Assembly (NCBI GenBank): GCA_012295275.1
Contig: CM022676.1
Location: 18,724,001 to 18,788,000 of the forward strand
Reading direction: 5' to 3'
Length of the DNA stretch: 64,000 nt
Source: Chrysomallon squamiferum
Lineage: Eukaryota; Animalia; Mollusca
The position numbers and the translations under genes are program-made. Positions 1 through 20,103 of this stretch are shown piece by piece. How positions within the stretch are numbered: the stretch's first letter is position 1; every line of letters starts with the position of its first letter. The notes beneath the pieces were generated by a model. That model saw nothing but the letters and a program-made list of their open reading frames with translations. It did not search any database and was not told the origin of the DNA.

Positions 1-262
1 ATCAGTACGTCATTGCTGTCGTTATAACAACGACTGCTATTACTACTACTACTACAACTACTGTTACTACAATCAGTACGTCATTGCTGTCAGTATAACA
101 ACGACTGCTATTACTATTACAACGACTACTACTACTACTATCAGTACGACATTGCTGTCAGTATAACAACGACTGATATTACTACTATTACAACAACGAC
201 TATTACAGCTATCAGTACGTCATTGGTGTCAGTATAACAACAACTGATATTACTCACAGTAC
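1..262. repeat. Minisatellite, ~70-bp unit, at least 4 copies
   Basis: atcagtacgtcattgctgtc... recurs at 1, 72, 140 and 211. Confidence 0.85.
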
Positions 263-601
263 AACTGACTCGTTAAAATGAAAATGTTTAAAAAAACACA
301 ACAGCAGCTGTCATCACAATAAACAACAGAGTGGGTGTTTCTGTCTGTCTATCTATCCATCTATCTAGCTATGAAGCTATCTGTCTTATTGAAAACAGTA
401 AAAACTGTATTATTATATTTTTCAGCTGTTCTATTTTTATTTATTTTTTTATTTTTTCCATTTTATTTTTGTTTGTCTGTCAAATGCGATCGTAAATGTC
501 AGTTTGAAAACACTGAAAACTGGATTGCTATATTTTTAATTTATATTTATTTTTTAATTTTAATTTTAATTTTTGTTTTGTTTTGTAAATGTCAGTTTAA
601 A

Positions 602-7499
<6,898 letters not shown>

Positions 7500-8540
7500 A
7501 ATAGTAACATTTACATGCATCACCGAACACAGATATATATACTGATGATGATGATGATGATGATGATGACTGAAGATAAAAATGATGATGATGTTGAGTA
7601 TCATAATAGTAATGATGAATTCACTAATATAATAATGATGATAATTATGATGATGACGACAACAACAACAATAATAAAGAAATAAAAAAGTAAATTATAA
7701 ACATTCATAAATAATAAAGAAATAAGAGAAGGAAAAAGAAAGTAAAAAAATAAATTTTCAGTAAACAACGAATTAAAAGAATAAAGAAATAAAAATATAA
7801 AGAAAGAAAGAAAGAAACTGATGAATAAATAAATAAAATAAATAAGTAAATAAATAAATACATTAATAAATAAATTAGTAAATAAATAAGTAGATAGATA
7901 GATAGATAGATAAATAAATAAATAAATAAAGTAAGAAAGAAAGAAAGAAAGAAATAAACGATAATGGAAAAAGAATCAATAAAGAAACTAACTGAACCAT
8001 CAGTATTATTAACACACTTTTTGTCAGTCATCAAAGTTAAAAAAGAAACAAAACATAATTCTGAAGATTGCGTCACAAACTTGACTGAAATTCATTATTA
8101 TCATTTCTTCTTCTAACATAAACTATATTCATAAATATCACAAAACGATATTTTACTTAAATTTAAAAAACAAACCTTTCAGAAATGTAGTCTCGCTTTG
8201 AGTTCTATAACCATATTGAAACGTCACAACATTGTTGACGTCATTACAATGACAGTCGTTCGCGAATATTCATATCGGAGGGTTTTGAATGGGAATATTC
8301 GCCAGTTTTCGTGTTTTGATAACTTTTTAAAATTTGATGTGTTTAATGGTAAGTTTAAATATGCAGTTTAATGACAGTGATATTGGAACAACTGTTAATC
8401 AGCAGATGAAAATGTTGAATGAACAACTGTGTAAATCCAGGGGAGATTACTGCGAAGGTAACACATCGTATTTGTAATGTATCCTTATTACGGATATAAA
8501 ATTTATTTATTTAATTATATATTTATTTCTTCTTCTTCTT

Positions 8541-8571
<31 letters not shown>

Positions 8572-8886
8572 TTATTATTATTATTAATCATATTTTATAT
8601 AAAATATTTGTTTATTTATTTATTATTTCCACCTCGTGACTTACATCAGTTTCACGTTTTTACTAAATCTACTTAACGTTGGTTAATTTTTCTACTTTTC
8701 ACAAAAGTACCCCCGTCCATTAAAAATTTCAAATATTCTTTTTCCTCTCAAGTAAATTCACATGAAGTTAGTGGACACAAGCAGAAAATTTTAACGGAAT
8801 TGTTTTCTTTCTGTACCGTCACTTTTAACAGTATTTCTAGGGGAAAGAACTAAGAAACTGTAAGCATGTGATTTAATCAGCATTAC

Positions 8887-8933
<47 letters not shown>

Positions 8934-9055
8934 ACAGAAAAAGAAAACTAAACAAAACAAAATTCGACGTTAAACAGTTTATTTCATAACTACTTTGCTT
9001 GAAGAAGAAGATCAAAAGAACTTTAGAAAGATTTATAATAATAATAATCATAATC

Positions 9056-9145
<90 letters not shown>

Positions 9146-9345
9146 GTAATAGAAGAAGAAGAAGAAGAAGAAGAAGAAGAAGAAGAAGAAGAAGAAGATT
9201 ATTTTCGGCAAGTACATTAATTCCAGTATTAATTAGATCTAATCTAACTCGTGCAAATGAAAGTCTTCAACAACAAAGATGTCCACATCGTTGTAGTTGT
9301 ATGGTGCGTATTGCCACTGATACGCCAGCGACGAGGTTGCCAATG

Positions 9346-9514
9346 TTACAGATCGTTGTCTTCGGATTTGCAGGCAAAGATTGTTGTAGTTTGGCCGAAT
9401 TTTAATCGACTCTTTTCACATTCCTGAAAAAATTCCTGTAACGTGTTTGCATTCTTCATGTTTACAATCTTCTCACAAAACTCGTCAATCTGTTCCTGTG
9501 TGGCATGCGAAAAA
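9346..9514 (-). CDS. Methyltransferase A coding exon 5
   Basis: tgatag|(S)FSHATQEQIDEFCEKIVNMKNANTLQEFFQECEKSRLKFGQTTTIFACKSEDNDL*. Confidence 0.92.
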
Positions 9515-9577
9515 CTATCAATACAAATAAATAAACAAAACAAACAATAAATAAACAATAAATAAATAAATAAACAA

Positions 9578-9608
<31 letters not shown>

Positions 9609-11424
9609 AGCTATGAGATGTTTATATACATTTTACTCATGTCTGTTTGACAGAAATCAGTCCATTGGAAAGAATAGTTTCAAATCAAGTGTGTATGACG
9701 TCATCACTGTTGTCTGACGTCATCAGAAATACAAAACGTAAACAAACATAAATAAATAAATGAGAAAGAAACAAAAGAAATAAAATGAAAAAAGAAAGAA
9801 AAAAGAAAGAAGAAGAAGAAGAAATATATAATCAAGTAAACAAATAATAAAAAATGCGGAAATAATGAACAAGACATAAATAAACAAACAAACAATCAAA
9901 TTGAACACAAAATAAATAGATGCTGAATGGGTAACTTTGTATCAAATGTAACTGTGCCGTTTTGTCTGTGTGACTTAACAGTGTTTGTGTGTGTGTCTGT
10001 GTGTGTATCTGTGTACCTCTGTGACTGAATGTATGTCTGTGTGTGTATCTTAGTGTATACGTTTATACATTTTTTTACACGAATATCAAACGCATCAGCT
10101 GTGATGTCAGATGAGTCAAAAAGATACCAATATCTATGACGTCATACCTTGAATCAGCTCGTCGCCATGACGGCTCGAGAGCGCCCTCTAGGTCGCAGTA
10201 CATCGCGTAGTCCATGAGAACATGCTCAGGTTGAATGTAACTTTGTACGGTACATCCGCCATCTTGTAAAACCTGACGCAGCAGTGAGATCGGCGGCATA
10301 CGACGACTGTAAGTTTCACTGATTCCGAGCAGATGGTGAAACCAAATACCGTATTTGAGCTAAAAATAGAGATTAGAAACCAAATACCGTATTTGAGCTA
10401 AAAATAGAGATTAGAAACCAAATACCGTATTTGAGCTAAAAATAGAGATTAGAAACCAAATACCGTATTTGAGCTAAAAATAGAAATGAGAAAACAAATA
10501 TCGTATTTAACCTAAAAAAAAAAAAAAAATATATATATATCTGTTGGAATTAGTACCATATTAAAATTCTGAGCTAAAAAGTCTAGAAAAAACAAATAAT
10601 TAGAAAACAAATACCGTATTGTAGATTATTATTATTATTATTATCATCATCATCATCATCATCATCATCATTCATGACAAGCAATAACAATAATTCTAAT
10701 AATTATGATTATAATGACGATAATAACAGTATCATCATCAACAACAGTAGCAATAACAACAATAACAACAATAACAACAATAACAACAATAACAACAATA
10801 ACTAATACAACAACAACGACGTAATAATAATAATAAAATAATAACAATAACAACAACAACAACAACAACCACAATAACAATAACAATCATAATAAAACAT
10901 AAATAAAGCAAATAAAATTTAACTTAGAAGGCTGTAGAGAGATATTCAGAGGTGTCCATTACTCGCAACTTTAAACTTAAGACAGAAATTAGCCACACCC
11001 ACTGATCTTGAGTGACACGTACTTGATCCACAGAGCTCGTGTCAATAACGACCACGCCCCCTTTCTTAAGTACTCGAACCGCCTCCACCAGTGATTGACG
11101 GACTGTTGGAAAACGGCTGTCATAATGGGTGGTGTTGTCCAGATGATGTAGAACCTGCGCAACAACGGCAGTAACAACAACATTAGCATCAGCTACAGCA
11201 GCAAATCTTAAAATCATAATTTGGAAGAACTATATAAATAAATTTAAAAAAAATAATTAAAATAAAGAACAGTGAAGAAAAATGACGCCATTTCTACTAC
11301 TATAATAATAATAATAATTGTAGTATAGTTGTGAGAGTATTAACTAATGTACATGTAATAAATTTAGTTGTAGATGTTTTACTCATGTTATTGGTTATAG
11401 TAGTGTTAGGAGTAGTAGTAGTGT

Positions 11425-11472
<48 letters not shown>

Positions 11473-11602
11473 CAGTAGTAGTAGCAGTAGTAGCAGCAGT
11501 AGTAGTAGTAGAAGCAGTAGTAGTAGTAGCAGCAGTGGTAGTAGCAGTAGTAGTAGTAGTAGTAGTAGCAGTAGTAGTAGTAGTAGTTGCAGCATCAGCA
11601 GC

Positions 11603-11634
<32 letters not shown>

Positions 11635-11725
11635 CAGTAGTAGCAGTAGAAGCAGTAGTAGTAGTAGTAGAAGTAGTGGTAGTAAAGTAGTAGTAGTAGC
11701 AGTAGTAGTAGTAGCAGCAGTAGTA

Positions 11726-11756
<31 letters not shown>

Positions 11757-11780
11757 AAGCAGTGGTAGTATAGTAGAAGC

Positions 11781-11812
<32 letters not shown>

Positions 11813-11873
11813 CAGTAGTAGTAGTAGTAGTTGCAGCAGCAGCAGTAGTAGTAGTAGTAGTAGTAGTAGTAGC

Positions 11874-11905
<32 letters not shown>

Positions 11906-11961
11906 CAGTAGTAGTAGTAGTAGTAGAAGTAGTAGTAGTAGTAGAAGTAGTAGTAGTAGTA

Positions 11962-12025
<64 letters not shown>

Positions 12026-12429
12026 AAGTAGTAGTAGTAGAAGTAGTAGAGTAAAATCGTCGTCAGTGACACCTGCATAAACATGACGACGTCAAACGTC
12101 TCATCTTGAAACGGCAGCGACGGCAGCTTGTCCAAACAGTAGTTGACGTTGTTGTCGTAGTTCGACATTTTTGCTTTGGCAGCCTTGAGCATCCCGACTG
12201 ATGCGTCCAGCATGGTGACGTTGCCCACGCCGGCGTTGAGAAAACCCAGCGAGTAGTTTCCAGTGCCACACCCAGCGTCCAGAACAGACATCTAGAGAAA
12301 CAGTGTTTAGAACTGGAAATGTAGTTGTACTTGAGTCAGTCTGTGAGTATGTGTGTATGTGTGCGCCTCTTCGTGTGTGTGTGTTTGTGTGTGTACGTGT
12401 GTGTGTGTGTTTGTGTCTGTGTGTGTGTA

Positions 12430-12471
<42 letters not shown>

Positions 12472-12591
12472 CATATGTATGTGTGTGACTGTGTGTGCGC
12501 TTGTTTGTTTGACCTTGTTTGTGTGTGTGTGTGTGTGTCTGTGTGTGTGTGTTTGTCTGTGTGTTGTGTGTGTGTGTGTCTGTGTGTGTTT

Positions 12592-12662
<71 letters not shown>

Positions 12663-12856
12663 ATAAAGTGCGTGTTTATTTTCTTATAGCTTAGTTGGAG
12701 GTCTTGTGGTTGGTGTTGTGGTTGCCGTCGGCTCACATCTTTGAAACATTTTCCTGTCAGATGCGTCGACATGGCCAGAATGAGGTCCATGTTGCTGGCG
12801 CGTCTGTACATGTCGTAGCTGCTGGAGACGTCATCGTAGTCGGTGAAGACACTCAT
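9346..12856 (-). CDS. Class I SAM-dependent methyltransferase, paralogue A (Methyltransf_11 / UbiE-MenG-like fold, 283 aa)
   Basis: Exons 12856-12737, 12291-12073, 11154-11023, 10359-10148, 9514-9346 total 852 nt, all GT-AG, phases 0,0,0,2. Motif I VLDAGCGTG, post-I MLDAS-GML, motif II LPFQDETFDVV, VLHHLD, motif III EAVRVLKKGG. Confidence 0.93.
10148..10359 (-). CDS. Methyltransferase A coding exon 4
   Basis: ttttag|LKYGIWFHHLLGISETYSRRMPPISLLRQ...SWRRADS(AG)|gtatga; 212 nt. Confidence 0.92.
10338..10520 (-). repeat. 38-bp tandem repeat x4 plus a degenerate copy, spanning an acceptor site
   Basis: gaaaccaaataccgtatttgagctaaaaatagagatta starting at 10338, 10376, 10414, 10452 and (degenerate) 10490. 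Confidence 0.92.
11023..11154 (-). CDS. Methyltransferase A coding exon 3
   Basis: gcgcag|VLHHLDNTTHYDSRFPTVRQSLVEAVRVLKKGGVVVIDTSSVDQ|gtacgt. Confidence 0.93.
11398..12050. repeat. (TAG/CAG)n trinucleotide microsatellite in a methyltransferase A intron
   Basis: ~650 bp of agt/agc repeats. Confidence 0.95.
12073..12291 (-). CDS. Methyltransferase A coding exon 2
   Basis: ctctag|MSVLDAGCGTGNY...FDVVMFMQ|gtgtca; 219 nt. Confidence 0.95.
12737..12856 (-). CDS. Methyltransferase A coding exon 1
   Basis: MSVFTDYDDVSSSYDMYRRASNMDLILAMSTHLTGKCFKD|gtgagc; acceptor ctacag| at 12865-12867; homologous to 19984-20103. Confidence 0.9.
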
Positions 12857-12972
12857 CACTACAGCTGTAGTGAGAAAAAGAAACATTAGAGTCAAACAGA
12901 ACAAAGTACAGGTCGAGGTGGGGGAGTACACTACAGATTCCGTTATCTTTGTGTTAAGTGAATAATGTAGCA

Positions 12973-13051
<79 letters not shown>

Positions 13052-13057
13052 TGTTTC

Positions 13058-13136
<79 letters not shown>

Positions 13137-13732
13137 CTATATATACACACACACACACGTTTGGAAATTTACAAGTTACAAACAGGTGACAGGCTGATGA
13201 TAACAGCTGATAATGTCAAAGTTCAACTTGCCAGGCAACCTGAAGCTTTTGAAAATGGCTACATAGAAAATTATAATTTGTATTCATTGAAATGTGAGAC
13301 TTGGTTAGTTTGATTGTTGATATAATGTTTGATGAGTGTTGACAAAATCAGTTGATGATGAGTTACCAGATATTTTATTGCCTGAGAGTGCGTGACTCAT
13401 ATTTATGCTGGCGGGTGATAAAAAATATTACATATATAAACTGATGATCAAGCAGTTCTGGGGCGATAAACACGACACTGTGTGTGTGTGTTTGTGTGTG
13501 TGTGTCTGTGGTGTGTAGGTGTGTGTACATGTGTGTGTGTGAAGAGTTATAAAGAGGTTTGATTGTATCTGTTTTATCTGCCTGTCTACATATCTGTCTC
13601 TCTATATCTTTCTCTACCTGTCCCTCTACCTGTCTGTCTATCTGTCTCTATCTGTGTCTCTTTCTGCTTGTCTTTCTCTCTGTTTCTCCGTTTACATACC
13701 TGCATCGTTATTTATCGATCTGTGTATCTATA

Positions 13733-13769
<37 letters not shown>

Positions 13770-14967
13770 CTCAGTCTAACTATCTTTCTATCTGTCTGTC
13801 TTATTATCTATCTACATGTGTCTGTCTGTCTGTATGTATGAATCCCTGTATACATGTATAATTTATATCATGCTTAACATATGCAAAGTTATTGTACCTC
13901 TTGTTAGTAGTATTTCTTGAAACAAATTACAGAAACTTTGGAATTGACACAAATCTACAAAGGTTCGTTCAAATAGAGTCCAAAACTGATACTTAATATT
14001 AAAATAACTGAACTGTAATAATATGACACTGTTTAGCATAGCCAAGTTAAAAGTGTTTTTCATTCCTACAAAGCAGCTGATTGTCAGTTATTCAGTTATT
14101 AAAACATAAGTTTGTAAATGAAACAGATTAAATCACAGGAATATTAATTTTACTTTTACTGTTAAACTATATAAAATGTGCTCACTCAACATTACACATA
14201 CATTTACACGCATGTACTCACAAACACACAAACACACTGTTCTGAAGTTTTGTTAAAATATATATACTGTTAACGTTGGACATTTAAAACTTTAGTAAAG
14301 CTGTAATGTTGATAGATTTAGTTGACAGGTACTGTTACTACAAAACGCTTACCACTGATTCTTTCCCTCAACGAAATCTTTAAATCCCCAAATCACAGCA
14401 GATGTCTGCTAAACGATCTTTGTTTATTTATTTATTTTTGAGGTTATTACAGCTGTCACGTGCTAACTAGTACAGTAATTAGTCCCCTGTGTTTGAAAGG
14501 TTTTTATAGAAAGTTCAAAACAGCTGACTGGGTTCACTGGAAATTTTCCAGTGACACAGATTACTCAATCATTTATCACCACTCAAACGTGCACCTGTAC
14601 TGTACTTACCAGCCTGTGACACGCGCGCACACACACACATAGATAATGCAGACACAAACACGCACACAGAGAACACGCACACACACAAACACAACACAAA
14701 CGTAGGCATATACACAAACATACAGAAAATTATACACACTTCACACACACACAGACACACACACACATAGAGAATACAGACACAAACACGCACACACACA
14801 TATATAAACATACACTGACATAAACGAACACAAACACTCTAACACAAAAAATACACACACCACACACAAACAAAAACATTCACGCACCCACATAAAAACA
14901 CACACACACAGAGATAGATAGATAGATAGATAGAGATAGAGAGAGAGGGGGATAGAGAGAGAGAGAG

Positions 14968-15038
<71 letters not shown>

Positions 15039-15113
15039 ACATTTAAAGAGTTATCTAACCTATATAAAGTACATCGATAATAAAATCACTTGTACTTCCA
15101 AGTTATTATTTTA

Positions 15114-15153
<40 letters not shown>

Positions 15154-15944
15154 GAAGAATAAGAATAAGAATAATACTGATGATGATAGTGATAATGATG
15201 ATAATGATGATAATAATATATATATATATATAGATATATATATAATATATAGCAAAAATTTTTCAACTATTTCTTTGTATTGTTTGTGTCTTCATCTTCA
15301 TCTTCTCTGCAGTTAAAAAACGTCAACTTAAAACCGCTCTGTAACACACACGTAGTTAATCGTTTTAATTAATTAATTAATTTGTTTGAAAGTGAGCGTA
15401 GTAATAAGAATTTTAGTAGTGGGGGAGAAACAGTAATAAATAACAACAGAACACCGTTGTGCTACAGAAGCAACAACAACAACAACAACAACAAGATGAA
15501 GAATGAAAGAAATGTATAATACGCACTGTTTCCCGCTATACGAAACTTGTTAATACATGAGAAGAAGGTTTTAAGCTGATTTTCAGTCTTTCAAAGTTTT
15601 TTCAACAATGCAACTTCTGCTGCCGTCATTGAATGTTATATACGTCATAAATTCAGCGAAATATTTTGATGACGTCATTACTGTTAGTGGCAATCATCTT
15701 TTCACTTTTCTCTCAGGTCACTTTCTGTTGTTAGAAAGCGAAAGAAAGAAAAGAAGCCTGACAAATGGCGTGGGAAGTCACGTGATGTAAGATCAGTATA
15801 AACGTTTAATTAAGTTGATTTGAGCTCACTTTATAACATAATTTTCTTACATTCTTATCGCTTGCTGCTTCCGCCATGATTAGATACGTCAGAACGAGGC
15901 TGTGCCACACCTTAAAACTAAGAAATTATTGTTACTGTTACTAT

Positions 15945-15977
<33 letters not shown>

Positions 15978-17370
15978 AGCAGTAGTTTTAAGTTGTCTTT
16001 GTTATCGCCATTTTTCTTCTTGTTTTGTTTGATATTTTGGTCTCTTTTTCTTTTGTATGTTTTGGTTTATTCTTGTTGTTGTTGTACTAGCCACTTAACA
16101 TTTGGATGTTTTATATAAAGCCGTTTTATTTCCTGGTAATGTTGTTATCATCTTTATCATGATTATGATGAACATCATCATTATTTAACTCTTTGATATG
16201 TTACTTGTCAATATTTTTTGTTTTAATCAAACGATATAATTAATTTACTGCGTCTTTTGAATTGTAACTTTTATGATGAAAAGACTTTGTAATTTTGTTT
16301 TTCTCTCTTCTTTTTTTTCTGAATCTTCTTATTTTTGTTTTTTTAAAAACAGCATCACTTAACAAAATACAATCGTCATAGAAAATAAAATTATACTTTA
16401 TATTTTGTTTGAAACGTCGCTTTCAAAATATGTTATCTGAAACAGACTATAAGATAAAATACTTCAACGCGTTAAAATAGAACTAATGGCGGAGACCAAT
16501 CGAATGTTTTATATCAAGAAAACTGCTGGATGACAATTCTGTTTCTTCTTTGCGTGTCTCTGTCTCAACTGTATGTGTGTCTAATGTCCTTTTTAAAGAT
16601 TTTTGTTAGGGAGAGAAAAAAAATAATTCTATTTGTGAATGTAAGAGAAAATTTATCAGCGTTGTTTGAAAATGTGTCAAACGACGTCTAGTGCTTTACT
16701 GATACTGAACGTGTCACTGACCTGGTCGACCTTGGACAGCTGCACTTGTGTGCAGGGGGGAGAACGGGGGGAGGAACCGGCTCTTTCTACACTTATCAGT
16801 ATTATGACACCGCGTTTGTTTTAGTATTTTTTTTTTTAATTTTTTTTTTTTTTTTTTTTTTATTGGTTTCAAAACTACCATGCTTTTTACGCATGAAACA
16901 GTTTATATGAAAGTTGTGTTTATCACAAATATTATGAAATTAATTAATTTACGAAGAAAAGAAATGAAAAATACATCAATGGGGTAATACATTACAAACG
17001 TTAAAAAAATAAAACAATAAAAAAAAATAATAAAAAATAAAAAGTAATAAAAATTGTTTCTTAAAAAATTTCAATCCTTATACAGACGAAAGAAGACGAA
17101 TGAAAGTTGTGTTTAACACAAATATTTACTAAGTTATTTATTAAAAAAAAAAAAAAAAAAAAAAAAAGAAAGAAAGAAAAGAAATTAAAAGTTCGAGAAA
17201 GAATGTATATTTTGTGTCAGAAATATTAGTTAGAAAACTTCCAAGTTTATAAATATGAAACCAGACAAGACCACTGAAAGTTCTGATTGTCACAAACATT
17301 TATTAATTGATTTATATAAAACGAGAAGACATTTGACGTGTACAGTGTATATAGGTGTGTGTAAGACATG

Positions 17371-17524
17371 TCAGAACTTCCTGGCGAACATTGTCGTAGC
17401 GTGGCCAACTCTAAAACGATCCTTCTCACACTCCTCAAAGTACTCCTGTAGCGTCCCCTCGTCTTTCATTCTCCTGATCTTCCCACAGAATTCATCTACC
17501 ATTTCTGGCGTGGCCTGCTGGAAA
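17371..17524 (-). CDS. Methyltransferase B coding exon 5
   Basis: tcacag|(S)FQQATPEMVDEFCGKIRRMKDEGTLQEYFEECEKDRFRVGHATTMFARKF*. Confidence 0.92.
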
Positions 17525-18336
17525 CTGTGAATTAATAAATGAATAAATGAATAAATAATGAAATGATGAAATGAATGGGTGAATGAATGAGTAAATAAAT
17601 AAAATAACTAAATCCAAAAAAATAAAAAAAAGTAAATAATAAGTAATAACGATAACAGTAATAATAATAATTATAATAAGAATACGAAGAATAAGAAGGG
17701 AGGAAAGAAGTACTCACCTAGAATCTGAACGCCGCCATGACGGCTGCAGAGCGCCCTCTAGGTCGCTGTATTTCGCGTAATCCATCAAACAACGCTCTGG
17801 CTGGACGTAACTCTGCACTGAGCATCCGCCATCTTGTAAGACGTCACGTAGCAGCGACAAGGGAGGTAACCGATATGAGTAGACATCCCCCACTCCCATT
17901 AGACGATAATACCATATAGCGTCACACTGGAAAATAATTTATAATCATCATCATTATTATTTTTACTGCTGTTATTATTATCATTAATTTTTGTCATTGC
18001 TATCATTATTAATACCATTATCATTACTGTTAATGTTGTTATCATTACTATTATCATCCTCATAGCTGATTTTTAGTTATTTGTTTATTTGTTTGTTTGT
18101 TTAAGCATCAAGCACCCACGGATTGTTAATACGTGTACGTCAGAATGGACAAGAAGACTAGAGAGACAGATAAACGGCAGACACACCTGTTCTGGGGTGC
18201 ACGTGTCCACGACAATGACGCCCCCTGTCCGCACCACGCGCACAGCTTCACTGAGAGAGTCTCGAATCTTCCCTCGTCTCTCGTCACCCTCAGACGTGTC
18301 CAGGTGATGCAGCACCTGCGAGAAAATAATAACAAT

Positions 18337-18379
<43 letters not shown>

Positions 18380-18452
18380 GTAATAACAATAATAATAACA
18401 ACAATAATAATAATAATAATAAATATAAAAATAATAATAATAATAACAATAA

Positions 18453-18484
<32 letters not shown>

Positions 18485-18719
18485 GTAATAATAATAACAA
18501 TAATAATAATAATGATAATAATGATGCTGAGGAAGATGATGATGATAATAATAATAATAGCAACAAATAAAATAAATAAATAAATAAATAAATACTGTAA
18601 CTGATATTACTGTTACCACTACTACTGCAACTATCACAGCTACAGCAAGGTTTTTTTCGCTAATGAACATGTATTTTCCGGTTTTTTCTGCTTTTGTGAT
18701 GTCGTTCTTTCTATCTCAA

Positions 18720-18807
<88 letters not shown>

Positions 18808-19642
18808 GTCTGTCTCTCTCTCTGTCTCTCTCTCTGTCTCTCTCTGTCTCTCTCTCTCTGTCTCTCTTTCTCATTGTTATTCTCAATCTTACCTGCATAA
18901 ATATGACGACGTCAAAGCTGTTGTCTGGAAACGGCAGCTGCGGCAGTTTGCCGAGGGTGAATTCGACGACGTTGTCGTAGCCCTCAGTTTTCTGTCTCGC
19001 CTTGTCCAGCATCCCGGGTGAGGCGTCCATCATTGTCACGTGACCCGCCCCAGCGCCGAGCAGACCCAGGGAGTAATTCCCTGTGCCGCACCCAGCGTCA
19101 AGAATTGACATCTAGAATGGGAAAAACAAAACCTGTTTATTCGTTCATTCCTTCTTTTCTTCATTCATCGAGTCGTTTGTTCGTGTTTTCTTAGTTTTAT
19201 ATATCCATAATAAAAAAAAAAAAAAAAAAAAGAAAGAATGAAAGAAAAATAATAAATACATTTTACAAAATAACTAATAAAAAAAATAATAGAAAACTTA
19301 AATAAAAAATTAAGAATTAATAAACATTTTTTTTTAAAATTGAAAGAAAAAAAAAAAATAACGAAGTAGAAATATCGTGTGGTATTGACGTCTGCTATAT
19401 TTTCAGGTCAGTTGACCTTTAGAGCCACGTGCGTAAAGCTTAAATATTCTTGTATTTTATTTGTGAAAAATAAAAAAAAAAAAAAAAAAAAAAAAAAGAA
19501 GAAGTAAAAAAAAAAAAAGAGAAAAGAAATCATAGATCAGAACATAAAATCTATTGATTATTTCTGATCAGTGCCTTGCATCATTTCTAACGTGGTGTTT
19601 ATTTAATCATTTACTTGTTTGTTTGTTTGTTTGTTTGTCTGT

Positions 19643-19677
<35 letters not shown>

Positions 19678-20103
19678 GTTGTTTATTTGTTTGTTTATTT
19701 GTTTGTCTATTTATTTATTTATGTTAAATTTTGATTATTTAGTTAAAAATAAATCTTAAGTTTTCCTGTCCATGTTTTGTTTACTACTACTACAACTACT
19801 ACAGTACTACTACTACTATTATTACTATTACTACTAGTCCTATTGCTACTGCTACTACAGCAACTTCGTTTTAAAAAGATATTACCGTGTTTTAAAAATT
19901 AAAACTGAACGTCCACATTAATTTTCTCTGAAACTTGTATCCGGTATAATGCGCATGCGTGCGTGCATTTAATTACAACGTACATCTTTCAGAGATTTTC
20001 CTGTCAGAAACGTTGTCATGGAGATGATGAGGTCCATGTTGCTTGCTCGTCTGTATGTGTCGTAGCTGTTTGAAACGTCTTCGTAGTCGGCGATGGAACT
20101 CAT
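17371..20103 (-). CDS. Class I SAM-dependent methyltransferase, paralogue B (276 aa)
   Basis: Exons 20103-19984, 19111-18893, 18315-18187, 17926-17718, 17524-17371 total 831 nt, with the same intron positions and phases as paralogue A. Motifs ILDAGCGTG, LPFPDNSFDVV, VLHHLD, EAVRVVRTGG. AATAAA (minus) at 17304-17299. Confidence 0.93.
17718..17926 (-). CDS. Methyltransferase B coding exon 4
   Basis: ttccag|CDAIWYYRLMGVGDVYSYRLPPLSLLRD...SWRRSDS(AG)|gtgagt. Confidence 0.93.
18187..18315 (-). CDS. Methyltransferase B coding exon 3
   Basis: tcgcag|VLHHLDTSEGDERRGKIRDSLSEAVRVVRTGGVIVVDTCTPEQ|gtgtgt. Confidence 0.93.
18641..18865 (+). repeat. Dispersed ~80-bp element plus (CT)n tail, copy 1 of an inverted pair
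   Basis: tacagcaaggtttttttcgctaatgaacat...ctttctatctcaac plus (CT)n is the reverse complement of 20348-20486. Confidence 0.85.
18893..19111 (-). CDS. Methyltransferase B coding exon 2
   Basis: ttctag|MSILDAGCGTGNY...FDVVIFMQ|gtaaga; 219 nt. Confidence 0.95.
19984..20103 (-). CDS. Methyltransferase B coding exon 1
   Basis: gccATG: MSSIADYEDVSNSYDTYRRASNMDLIISMTTFLTGKSLKD|gtacgt. Confidence 0.92.

Noticed and set aside
9241-9345. Plus-strand CPHRCSC motif as a possible further exon of the Cys-rich gene
   Set aside because: It lies antisense to the methyltransferase A 3' UTR and lacks a convincing acceptor.
11395-12072. Poly-Y/T/L extension of the methyltransferase ORF in the track
   Set aside because: Intron read-through into (TAG)n; the exon ends at the CAG|GT donor at 12073, as in paralogue B.
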